Origin: an uncultured virus (IMG/VR IMGVR_UViG_3300030616_000579)
Lineage: Duplodnaviria; Heunggongvirae; Uroviricota; Caudoviricetes
Length of the DNA stretch: 64,000 nucleotides
Virus record (IMG/VR): IMGVR_UViG_3300030616_000579
Strand: one strand, 5' to 3'
The translations under genes and the position numbers were made by a program. The stretch's first letter is position 1. The number at the start of each line of letters is the position of its first letter. This document shows, piece by piece, positions 36,173-45,900 of the stretch. The notes below the pieces were generated by a model. That model was not told the DNA's origin and did no database searches. It saw only the letters and a list, made by a program, of their open reading frames with translations.

Positions 36173-38556
36173 CCTTTTTCAACTCCTCCAAGTAATCCAA
36201 TGATACCCAATGCCATCAAAAAGATTGCTATAACAATAACAAAACCAAGTCCTGTCACTAGTGTTCCACCAAGAAGTAAAACAATACCTACTGATAGTGA
36301 ACCCAAAAAGGCATTTAGTTTACCAAAGGTTACAAGAACAATAAATGATATTGAAAACAACAAGAGATATGACCACCGTACTCCCTCTGATGGGTTGTCA
36401 ACATTATATAATGGTGTCTGTCCAAAAATAATCTCCATTAAATCATCAAGTGTGTTTACATCAGTTATTGGTTCCAACCCTGGGAATATTGGTATACCAC
36501 TTTGTTGCCCACCCGCATAATATGTTCCTTCAAATGTGTCGTCTTCCAATGTTGCAATAAGTTGCCACTTATATGCAATTGATGTGTTGCATCCTTCACC
36601 AGTTGTATATGTAAAATTCACATCGTCTAACGTTGAGTTCTCCGAATAAACAAAGGTATCATTCTCATAGTAGTATACATTGAAGGTAACAAGTACTGTA
36701 CTGAATGTTGTATCAAAGTAATCAACATAGAAACCATCTGCATACCAACCAACATCAAGATTGATAAGGTCAAAGAATGAATATGTCATATTTCCAATAT
36801 ATGGAATACGCACATCCTCACTTGTTAGTTCTCCTGTCGGTGCTGTTCCTATACGGTCAATCTCAAGAACATCACAATCAACGCCTATAAAATATTGTTT
36901 CCCAAACTCCAGCCACGGATATACTTTCTTTGCACTATCAAAGTACTCTGAATGAATCGTCAATCGTGTTCCACTACTGTTATATATATATATTTTAACA
37001 AATGGATTATTTGGATATTGGAATACTCCATTCTCATCTAAAAATGAATATGTATATCGAACAAGACTTTGATTCAAGTATGCAGAACTTTCTCCATATA
37101 CAGTTAAATCATTTCGCACATAAAATGTTATATTTCGTTGTGTTGTTCCAGGTACAATAATTCTATTACATCGATACGGTCTATTTATTGAATCATTCCA
37201 ATGGAACTCCATATCACGAATTGTCTTGTTAACTGTAATTGTAAAATTACCATTTATAATATTTGTAAAGAACCCATCAACATCACTAGTGTATGTGATT
37301 CCTCCTCCTAAAAATCGTACATAATCTGTTTCGTCTGCATAATGAATGACAAGTGTATGATTTGCCCACGGGTTGTTAAGACTCAATCTATAGTTGTTTC
37401 CATTTGATTCGTTTTCACATCGTATTTGAATATTATATACTCCACCTTGTGTTGCATTCGTTGTTGATGTATATGAACTATATGTTTCAAATAATGGTGA
37501 ACCTGATGCATTAATGTATGTAAATGCTGAAAAATAATATGTTGTTTCTTCTTCTAATCCTGATATTGTCGTTGAATTCGTTGTTGATACATTATCACCA
37601 TATGTACCACTTGAATAATTTGTTGGAGGAGATGATGTGCTATACCGAATGATAACAGAACTATTTGTGCCGGCTGGAAGTGTGGCATTGTTCCAACTTA
37701 ATGTTAATGTTTGTGCTGTTATACTTGATACTCTAAAACTACTTGGTGGTTGTGGTTGTGTAAGAAAATATGATTCGTTCTCTGATATGTTAAATCCATA
37801 TGATGTGTAAGACCAAGAACGTACATAATAATACTCTCCAGATGTTAACCCTGTTAGTCCATAACTAAAGTTCTGGCCACTAGAATACGTTCCTGTACAT
37901 GTTACGTTTTGTTCAAACCATGTAAAGTTTGTTGATACGTTTCCAACCCAGAATCCACATGTAGTACTCAAGTTTGTATCATTAATAAGATATCCATTTA
38001 TTGTTGCTGATGTTGTTGAAATACTTGTTACATTCATAGGATATGATGATGTTTCATTGTACACTGTTATGTTATAGATGTATCCTTCAATACTATCAAT
38101 GAAGATATTACTTGTTGTATACCCACCTGCTTTAAGATAGTATTCTCCTTCATATCCATTTACATTACAATATGATGTTGTTGTTGAAAACGTTGATGTC
38201 TTAGTTACATTTTTAATAAATGAGTTATCATTTTTACTTATTGAAATACCTACAGACATTGCACCAGGTACAGCACCAAATGTTCCCTTCCATTCAACGG
38301 CAATATATGTTGCATTTGATAGATTGACAGTGTTGACTGTAACATAATACAGTTCATCAGCATCGTTTAATCCTCCATCTATGTTAAAGTACATTCGATT
38401 GTTGTTTATACTCGATGATGAACCAGCACTTGTCTCATTGAATCCAAGTTCCCAGTTGGTACTTGGTGGAAAAGTAACATTTATCGATGATGAAACCATT
38501 GGTAGAAGTACACTGGAAATAAAAATAAATATAATAATATACTTTCCTATTTTCAT
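36169..38556 (-). CDS. Large glycoprotein with FN3 domains and three C-terminal TM helices; putative tail/adhesin anchor
   Basis: Signal peptide, FN3 motifs (GLTSGEYYYVR, GLEEETTYYF) and a C-terminal multi-TM segment, an architecture seen in spindle-virus adsorption proteins. Confidence 0.7.
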   Translation of the reverse strand: MKIGKYIIIFIFISSVLLPMVSSSINVTFPPSTNWELGFNETSAGSSSSINNNRMYFNIDGGLNDADELYYVTVNTVNLSNATYIAVEWKGTFGAVPGAMSVGISISKNDNSFIKNVTKTSTFSTTTSYCNVNGYEGEYYLKAGGYTTSNIFIDSIEGYIYNITVYNETSSYPMNVTSISTTSATINGYLINDTNLSTTCGFWVGNVSTNFTWFEQNVTCTGTYSSGQNFSYGLTGLTSGEYYYVRSWSYTSYGFNISENESYFLTQPQPPSSFRVSSITAQTLTLSWNNATLPAGTNSSVIIRYSTSSPPTNYSSGTYGDNVSTTNSTTISGLEEETTYYFSAFTYINASGSPLFETYSSYTSTTNATQGGVYNIQIRCENESNGNNYRLSLNNPWANHTLVIHYADETDYVRFLGGGITYTSDVDGFFTNIINGNFTITVNKTIRDMEFHWNDSINRPYRCNRIIVPGTTQRNITFYVRNDLTVYGESSAYLNQSLVRYTYSFLDENGVFQYPNNPFVKIYIYNSSGTRLTIHSEYFDSAKKVYPWLEFGKQYFIGVDCDVLEIDRIGTAPTGELTSEDVRIPYIGNMTYSFFDLINLDVGWYADGFYVDYFDTTFSTVLVTFNVYYYENDTFVYSENSTLDDVNFTYTTGEGCNTSIAYKWQLIATLEDDTFEGTYYAGGQQSGIPIFPGLEPITDVNTLDDLMEIIFGQTPLYNVDNPSEGVRWSYLLLFSISFIVLVTFGKLNAFLGSLSVGIVLLLGGTLVTGLGFVIVIAIFLMALGIIGLLGGVEKG

Positions 38557-40583
38557 ATATATGCCCTCACTCTACAATAGTAGCTCCCAAATGTTGGTAA
38601 TGTATCCGCAGATGGCAAAGTAAATGAAATATTTGTTCCACTATCACTATAGTATGTTGGATAGTTATACTCATTGATGTTTACCAGATTAACAACAAGA
38701 GATGAAAACCCTGAATCTGTTGCAATTTGAAGATGATAATGAACAGCTTCGTCAACCTTATTCCATATGAACGTTGGATTGCCACTAGTTATTGATGTTT
38801 CGTTTCCTCCTCCATCTATAGATATGAAGGATGGTTCTGTATTAGAATCAAACCAATTCCATTCTAATGCCGGGTCTCCAAAAAAGTTTGTCTCTTTGAC
38901 AATCATTCCCCAGATACAATCAATGGCATGTCCTCCTTGTTCTAAGGAATTGAAGTGAGCTTCACAGAACGTTGTTGTAAAGTTACCAACTGATGCATTG
39001 AACATTTCCCGCATCATTAGTTCTCCATAATAGGTTGAACCAACAAACCATCCATATGCAGAATTTGTTACAAGAACATGAGAACATTCTGGATATTCCA
39101 TCCATCGTTCTGTTCTGCTATCCACATCTGTACCAAAGTCTCCAGTGTGACATCCTTCACTATATACAAATGTTGGCGTATCAGTATTATTTACCATGTA
39201 TGGACGAAACACTCCACCATCTGATGAATACAACGTGCCTCCGTGTCCTGTGTGGTATATAAGACCAATGCCATCATAATTAGATACTGAACCATTCACA
39301 TACTCGTTCATCGTTTGCCATTGTGCCTGAGTAATGTTTTGGTCATTTACAAATGATTGATTTGATGAAAATTCATCTCCAACACCAGGGCCAAGACTTC
39401 CCCATCCAGAAACCCATCCAGTCCAGGATTGATTTGATATTGTGTTGGTGTTACTTTTACACGCAACAATATTCTTTTCAAGGTAATCTTCATTGTTTGA
39501 TGCAACATATGCTTTGGTTTTATTAATCCAATTATTTGCTTTCTCTGGTGTTCCAACAAGAACTCTTCCAACAAAAAGGTCATATCCCCAATCAATATCA
39601 TCATATTCAGTTCCACATACTTCGTTTTCCATCCAATATGAGTTCAAATTGCTATTCATATTGTTATGAAGGTGTGAGTAGTACATATCTGAAGCATGTG
39701 AAGTATCATTCTCCCAATCCTCACAGGTATCACATGATGCAACAGAATAACTTGTTACCATCCGTGGTGGCACTGCATCTTTATTCCCTCCTAGTAATAC
39801 ATATCGAGTGTTGTATGTATCATAACAGAAACGCAAATAATTTCTTATCTGTGCCTGTGTATCATTAAATAACTCATAATTACTATGGATTTCATCTCCA
39901 TCTGATATCCACGAGTTACCACCTGAACTATTTGTTGCATCCCCAAAGGTATCATTAACTGTGTAATTTGCCCACCCTGTGATATCTGAGACGTTCACTA
40001 TAAGCATACCAGATATCTTGTCATCGTTTGATATCTTCCAGGATTTAAAGTTTGTATTAAATGTATCCCAAAGAGATTCATTTGTAATAACCACATATTC
40101 ATAGTCTGGAGATTGTGGCCCAAAAAGGGGAACAAATGAAAGAGAGTCTGTGTAAGTAAAATAGACTTTGGCTCGGAGAGATTTTGTTTCAGTCCGATAG
40201 TTCATACTATACGAAACTGATGGCACAAACAAACGAATTACCTCTTTTTTCCCCTTTTTGAGCAGTTCGTAATAAAACGGCTCTTCGTATATCATTCTAC
40301 TGTACTTTAGGTCTTCCAATAGAATATTTGATTCGTTTGTTACCTCCGTTGTTGGAAAGAATCTACTGTTTGGTTTCTCATCAGGAATCATTGTATGTTC
40401 CCACTGTTGAACTTCTATGCGGTCAAACGTTGCCCCATTTGGTATAGTAACAAAAACAGATTCATTGAGTTGTGTCTCATTTATTGTAACAAGAGTATAG
40501 TTTGATTTTTCAACATCACTGGATAACACTAATGTAGAAAAAATAATGAATAATGATAATGTTGTTACTACAATCTTTTTCAC
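38553..40583 (-). CDS. Secreted peptidase C25 (gingipain family)
   Basis: Likely GTG start at 40583. Motifs YVVIT, IRNYLR..YVLLGG, SDMYY and DLFVGR; catalytic His (HTGHG) and Cys (EGCHTG). Confidence 0.85.
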   Translation of the reverse strand: MKKIVVTTLSLFIIFSTLVLSSDVEKSNYTLVTINETQLNESVFVTIPNGATFDRIEVQQWEHTMIPDEKPNSRFFPTTEVTNESNILLEDLKYSRMIYEEPFYYELLKKGKKEVIRLFVPSVSYSMNYRTETKSLRAKVYFTYTDSLSFVPLFGPQSPDYEYVVITNESLWDTFNTNFKSWKISNDDKISGMLIVNVSDITGWANYTVNDTFGDATNSSGGNSWISDGDEIHSNYELFNDTQAQIRNYLRFCYDTYNTRYVLLGGNKDAVPPRMVTSYSVASCDTCEDWENDTSHASDMYYSHLHNNMNSNLNSYWMENEVCGTEYDDIDWGYDLFVGRVLVGTPEKANNWINKTKAYVASNNEDYLEKNIVACKSNTNTISNQSWTGWVSGWGSLGPGVGDEFSSNQSFVNDQNITQAQWQTMNEYVNGSVSNYDGIGLIYHTGHGGTLYSSDGGVFRPYMVNNTDTPTFVYSEGCHTGDFGTDVDSRTERWMEYPECSHVLVTNSAYGWFVGSTYYGELMMREMFNASVGNFTTTFCEAHFNSLEQGGHAIDCIWGMIVKETNFFGDPALEWNWFDSNTEPSFISIDGGGNETSITSGNPTFIWNKVDEAVHYHLQIATDSGFSSLVVNLVNINEYNYPTYYSDSGTNISFTLPSADTLPTFGSYYCRVRAYI

Positions 40584-40584
40584 G

Positions 40585-40854
40585 TCAATATTCCTCGTAT
40601 TCCTCCTCGTGTGACCCAAGAAAGAACCACACTATTAGACCAACTCCAGAAAGAACAAACATCAATCCAAAGACTGTTCTGAATGATGTTATCAATGGTT
40701 GCACATCTGCATCAACTCCCATATCCTCAGCTTGGTCTTCTACCATAGTGAAAATGTTTCCAACTGGTGTACTAAGAACTATAAATAAAACTAAATTAAT
40801 GAATGAAAAGGTCGCAAGACCTATTGATGCTTTCGTCCAATTTGTTTGAGCCAT
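40585..40854 (-). CDS. Two-helix membrane protein with acidic tail, possible minor capsid protein
   Basis: Helix-loop-helix hydropathy of MCP size. Confidence 0.6.
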   Translation of the reverse strand: MAQTNWTKASIGLATFSFINLVLFIVLSTPVGNIFTMVEDQAEDMGVDADVQPLITSFRTVFGLMFVLSGVGLIVWFFLGSHEEEYEEY

Positions 40855-40904
40855 TTAATCCAACTCCAATGTTTTTGTTATTGCTTTACCTGAAGGTTTT
40901 ATTT

Positions 40905-41126
40905 TCATTGTTGCTCCTGAATTTTCATTACCAGACGAATTCCAGAACCAAAGAGATTTATTCCTGCAAGTATGAACCACAAGAAAAACATTGCAGTTGC
41001 ATATATTCCAGATGTAGGCATAACAGTATTAAGATAGGTAACAATTGGCCCATACATATACATCAGTAACCCAAACATTATTATCGCAGAAAAGAAATGA
41101 AAAAAAGGAATAAAATCTATTATCAC
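40905..41126 (-). CDS. Two-helix membrane protein, possible minor capsid protein
   Basis: 73 aa with two hydrophobic helices. Confidence 0.55.
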   Translation of the reverse strand: MIIDFIPFFHFFSAIIMFGLLMYMYGPIVTYLNTVMPTSGIYATAMFFLWFILAGINLFGSGIRLVMKIQEQQ

Positions 41127-41241
41127 CGCCCCCGTTCCATTGTTTTAACATTTAATTTTCTTCTTTCTTTCCATTTATTTTTAACAGAAAGGTTTTGTCG
41201 TTGCATTTTAAAATTCTTTGACAGTTTTACTCGTTTCCTTT

Positions 41242-41976
41242 TCATATACTCCGCCCCTTTTTCTCTCTGTAATATTTTTTAATACGTTCAATATCAGCAT
41301 ACGCTCGTCCTGCTCTCATTGGACGATGTTTCAATTCTTGAGCACGTTCATATGCAGACAACAGTGTTTCATGGCGGACTCCTCTAACTCTCACAGTATG
41401 TAATGGTCTATCATCTGGAAAGTGTGAATAATCAACATCAACATCATCTTTTGGTCTGGTCACAACAGTATATCTTTTATATTTTTCATCATCAGTTTCT
41501 TCGTGCAACTTTGGTGGCCCTGGTGTGACCAACATATCAACTTTCTTACCAACCCGTTCTTCTTTTACATGTGCAATATCACACCCAACACACTTATCAA
41601 TTTTTTTCTCTATCTGTCTTGCACGTACTCCTGGTTTCTTTGACCATACATCAATATCATGGGTATCTCTTTGATACTCTGGTGGTAACTGCATGTTCGT
41701 TGAAAATGCCCCATGCATTACATCATTAGTGTGTTTTAACTGTCGAATAACCTTTGGCGGAAGTATTTTATCCCAATTTTCTTGATAGTTTCTTATTTGT
41801 TCTCGTGAACAGGCAGGGCCATCGTTCTTCTCTGATATCAACGGTACATTAACAATTGATTTCTTATCTACTAATGATTTCGTTGGGTTATATCGTATTG
41901 GTGTTGTTAATGGTTGAACCTTCAATGGTTTCACATGTAATGATATACCTTCACCTTTTGCACGTTTTTTCGGCAC
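41242..41976 (-). CDS. Pol-beta-superfamily nucleotidyltransferase
   Basis: VMHGAFSTNMQLP..RDTHDIDVWS (hG..DxD) plus a later DVDYS acidic motif. Confidence 0.65.
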   Translation of the reverse strand: MPKKRAKGEGISLHVKPLKVQPLTTPIRYNPTKSLVDKKSIVNVPLISEKNDGPACSREQIRNYQENWDKILPPKVIRQLKHTNDVMHGAFSTNMQLPPEYQRDTHDIDVWSKKPGVRARQIEKKIDKCVGCDIAHVKEERVGKKVDMLVTPGPPKLHEETDDEKYKRYTVVTRPKDDVDVDYSHFPDDRPLHTVRVRGVRHETLLSAYERAQELKHRPMRAGRAYADIERIKKYYREKKGRSI

Positions 41977-42304
41977 GTTTTAATCCTCCTACTATATATC
42001 TAACTTTATCTCGTTGTAACAAATTATTGATGTGTTGTATTTCTTTTTGAGTTGCTGGTCGCAGATACTCACCAGGAACAGTTGCTTTAAATTCCCGTTC
42101 CGTCTTACACCCACGAATATCACAGTAGTATCCTTTGTATTCAAGAGCAGTGTGCAAAAGACCCCGTTTTACTATGGTTCCTGCACCCAGAAACCGTTTT
42201 AGTGCAACAGCAACCTCTGAACATATTCCAAGGTAATAGATGTCGTTGTATCGTTCTGATTGCCAAAACTTTTTAATGATGCAGTTCAGTTTACTTATGT
42301 TCAT
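41951..42304 (-). CDS. Small papain/transglutaminase-like protein
   Basis: GICSEVAVAL..LHT..GYYCDIRG gives a Cys-His-Asp arrangement. Confidence 0.5.
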   Translation of the reverse strand: MNISKLNCIIKKFWQSERYNDIYYLGICSEVAVALKRFLGAGTIVKRGLLHTALEYKGYYCDIRGCKTEREFKATVPGEYLRPATQKEIQHINNLLQRDKVRYIVGGLKRAEKTCKR

Positions 42305-42501
42305 GGATGTACTATCTCCGTTTCGATTGTCACTCGATATTCAATAGTAACTGTTCCAGCTGATGGACTAAAATTACGGTTATTCCGTTTTAAAATAGAT
42401 AATTGTTTACTTGCATATTGAAGTGCATCCGACTTATTTGTAAAATATCTATATCCAGGTGAAACCACGTATTTCCACACTTTTTTTCTTCTTGTATACA
42501 T
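42301..42501 (-). CDS. Small basic hypothetical protein
   Basis: GGAGGT RBS; ATGA overlap with the next gene. Confidence 0.6.
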   Translation of the reverse strand: MYTRRKKVWKYVVSPGYRYFTNKSDALQYASKQLSILKRNNRNFSPSAGTVTIEYRVTIETEIVHP

Positions 42502-42710
42502 ATTACCTCCTGTTCACCTCCCCAAGGGAGAATGGTTCTCCCAAGGTTTGGTGATTAGGTAATGGGTCTTACCCCATTGATGGAGTAAGTCTGATTACTT
42601 AACATATACTAAACGTCTGAGTATATGCCGTTGAAGAATAGCATCAATCTTTTTTGCATTCTCCTTGTTCGTTACATACAGTTCAGTCTGTATCATATTT
42701 TTCTTTCCTC

Positions 42711-42917
42711 CTAATACGATTGTAGTTCGTATTGTTTTGCATACAGTTTAACACTTCGATTGGGTTTTTGTTTTACCCATCTGTCTGCTTCATCTGTACG
42801 CATATATCTACTGATGTTTGTATCAGTATCTGTTCCAACCCATATGGGTTCTGGGTCAATTGTTTTAATCTTACCTTCAAATGGTTCTTTTCTTTTTCGT
42901 TTAATGTATCCCATCAT
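42711..42917 (-). CDS. Small hypothetical protein
   Basis: Likely start MMGYIKRK overlapping the upstream stop. Confidence 0.5.
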   Translation of the reverse strand: MMGYIKRKRKEPFEGKIKTIDPEPIWVGTDTDTNISRYMRTDEADRWVKQKPNRSVKLYAKQYELQSY

Positions 42918-45900
42918 TTCTCTCCTGTCAATGAAAAGAAGTTTGGTTGTTTTGATATTGGTGTCTTTCTCCATTTTGGCCCTATCTGAGCAGCTTTCCA
43001 CGCAGATGGAACTTGATAGAAACGTTCTTTATAGCCAGGAGCATATATCTGAATTCCTTTTGGTTTCCTTTTTTTATCTCTTTCTTCTGGAAACATGAAA
43101 GGAGGATATAACATTGATGAAATTGGTTTCTTTCCACCTGTTAGTGTTATTCTTGTTCTTACAACTGGTTCTATAGGTTCTGCGGGAGGAGGGAAACCAC
43201 CAGCTACAGAAAACGTTCTTGGTATCACCTTTGTTATTTGTTTCTGTAGTTGTTTCTGTATCTGTTTCTGTACTTGCTTCTGTTCATATTTTGTTATTTC
43301 TCTATTGATTGTTTTTGTTATTTCTTTATTCACATTCTCTGTTATGTTTCTCTCAATTGATTTTATATATTCTTTGTTTATTGTCCGTGGTTCTTGTCGT
43401 ATCAAACTTCTTTCAATTGTTCGTGTTACATTAACTGAGATAATATTACTTATTGTTCTTGTCAAAGGTTGAATAACACTTCTTGATATTGGTTGTGTTA
43501 ATGAAAACACTTTCGTTCCCATAGACACACCACTTGGTTGTTTAATGATTTGTCCATCTGGTAATATATCAGATGAAACAAAGGTTTTTGGTTGGTCTTT
43601 TGGAACAACTATTTGTTCCATTATAGCTGCTTTTGCTTGTGTCTTTGACACTGTTGTTTTTGTTGCAGGTAGTTTTGTTGTTGGTTGTGTAACTACTGGT
43701 GAACGAGTAAAGGATTTAAGAGGGTATGTTTGTTTTGTTGAAGTATATGCTTTCCCAGCTGTTATTTTAATATCTCCAATTTGTTTTCTTGGAATATATC
43801 CAAAACCAACTTCTCCTTCCACTGGTTTAGCTAACTCTGAAAAATCTTTTATGTCTGTACGTTCACGAATTCTTCCAATTGTTCCTTGAGATGTTCTACC
43901 ATATCCTCGTGATATAGCAACTCCCTTTTCAACTCGTGGAGACATTTTTGTGTAATCTGTTGCATCCCAATAATTTACAATTGACTTTCCTCTACCTGTT
44001 CTTGGCGGTAATTGTTTTTTCCATATAGATGATTCCATTTCTGGTACTTTTTGTTTAAGAAGAGCTTCTTCAGGTAATGACAATGGTTTCTTTGCCAATT
44101 TATATACATTGACATCAGTTTCATATGTACGAGCGCCTAACCTTTGTAATTTAGCAAATTGTGATTCTGTTCTTTTCAAAATAGGCACATCACCTATTTT
44201 ACCAACTTGTGTTTTTCCTTTTGCAATAGTTGTTGTCAATGTTGAAGGTTTAATAACATGTGGCCCGATTTTAATTCCACGTAACTTAATAGATGATGGA
44301 ACATCTGATGCATATCCTAATGTCACAAAGTAATCATCTATAGCACCAGGTGTTTTTCTAGTTCCAAATGATATATCAAAGACATCTCCTTCTTTCAATG
44401 GTATTTTTTTATTGAGAAATGATTTAACATTAACAGTTTTTACTGCATTTGTTTCTCCACCTATTCCTATGTCTAACGTCTTCTTTCCTTTAATAATTTT
44501 ATTTATTATTGCACGGTCTTTTGCTGGCATTTCTCCTTCTAATGCACCTGATAATAATTCGTTGATAGTATATTTTCCTGGTTTATCTACGTGAACTTGA
44601 ACACCTGTCAACTCTAGGTTTACACGTCTAATGGAACTTGGTTGTAATCCACTACCATACATTTTTTGTGTATACGTTCCTGTTTGTTTGTATATCTTTT
44701 GCATTCCTATTGCTGTTGGTTTTTGTTTAGAGACGATAATAGTACTTTTTCCACCAGTGTCTGATGTGGGAAATGTTTTCAGTAATTCTGATTCGGGTTG
44801 TGGTTTTCCTGGATATCCTTTACGTATTGGAAATTTTCTACGTGTTCTAAATACCCATTCTCTTCCTCTTAACTTTGGAGATGTTGTATAAGGTAACTTC
44901 TTTTGTGGTGCAAGGTTATAGTTTTTAACTCCATATTCGTCATAGTAAGCCAAATCAGAATATCTTCTTGCAATCATGTCATCTATAGCACCTGATTTTA
45001 AAGATGGTTGATAACGTGATTTAGGTATCCCTTCCCACCCAGGTGTTTTACTATAATCTGGTTGTGGTTTAGTCTCTGGGAATACAGGTCTTTGTTTCTC
45101 GAACCCAACTATGCGACTTTTAGTTCTCTTGGTTGCACCTGGTTGATACTCTTCAACTGTCATGGTTCGTAATTTTGATTTGTATCGTGGCAGTTTTGAT
45201 TCAATAAATGATTGAGTTCTTCCTAGTATACCTCTTGCACGTGGGTCATAAAAGTTAATCGGTCTTTTAATATATGTTTTATCTGTAGTTCCTGTTTCTG
45301 AAAGATATGCCCACCCTCTTTTATATTTTCCTTTACCACCATATTCTTTGATGTATGTTCTTCCTTCTTTTGATTCAGGCCCTCCTCGTTCCCACACATT
45401 AAGATATTCCTCTTTTGGAGAAACAGTCTTTACATCAACTTTCTTTCCTCGATGTTGAATATCAATAATATTTGTTTTTGGTTCACGAGCTTGTATTTTC
45501 TGTCCTGTCATTACATCTGTTTCATAGAATGGTTTTCCTTTATATGTTAAGTCAACCATACCTGGTCTTCGCAAAGAAAACCTCTGTCGTAAAGATTTCA
45601 GATATGGGAATGTATCATATGCTTTCTGGAAAGGAACATTAAGTTTACTCCGTGTAAATCTAAATTTTTGTGCTATCTTTTGGGGGCCACCACGTTCAAC
45701 CCATCTTGAACCTGTTTTTGCCCCATACTTTCCACCAACACCAGCTGCACTCCATTGTAATGCCATAGGAAAAGCAGCTTTTGCTAAACCTGTAACACCA
45801 CTTGGAGTTTGTTCTCGAACAACCATTGTTTTTTTACCAGTTGCAATATCAACTTCTCCTGTTGGCGTCTGGACTTCACGGTATGCATATTTTTCTGGTG

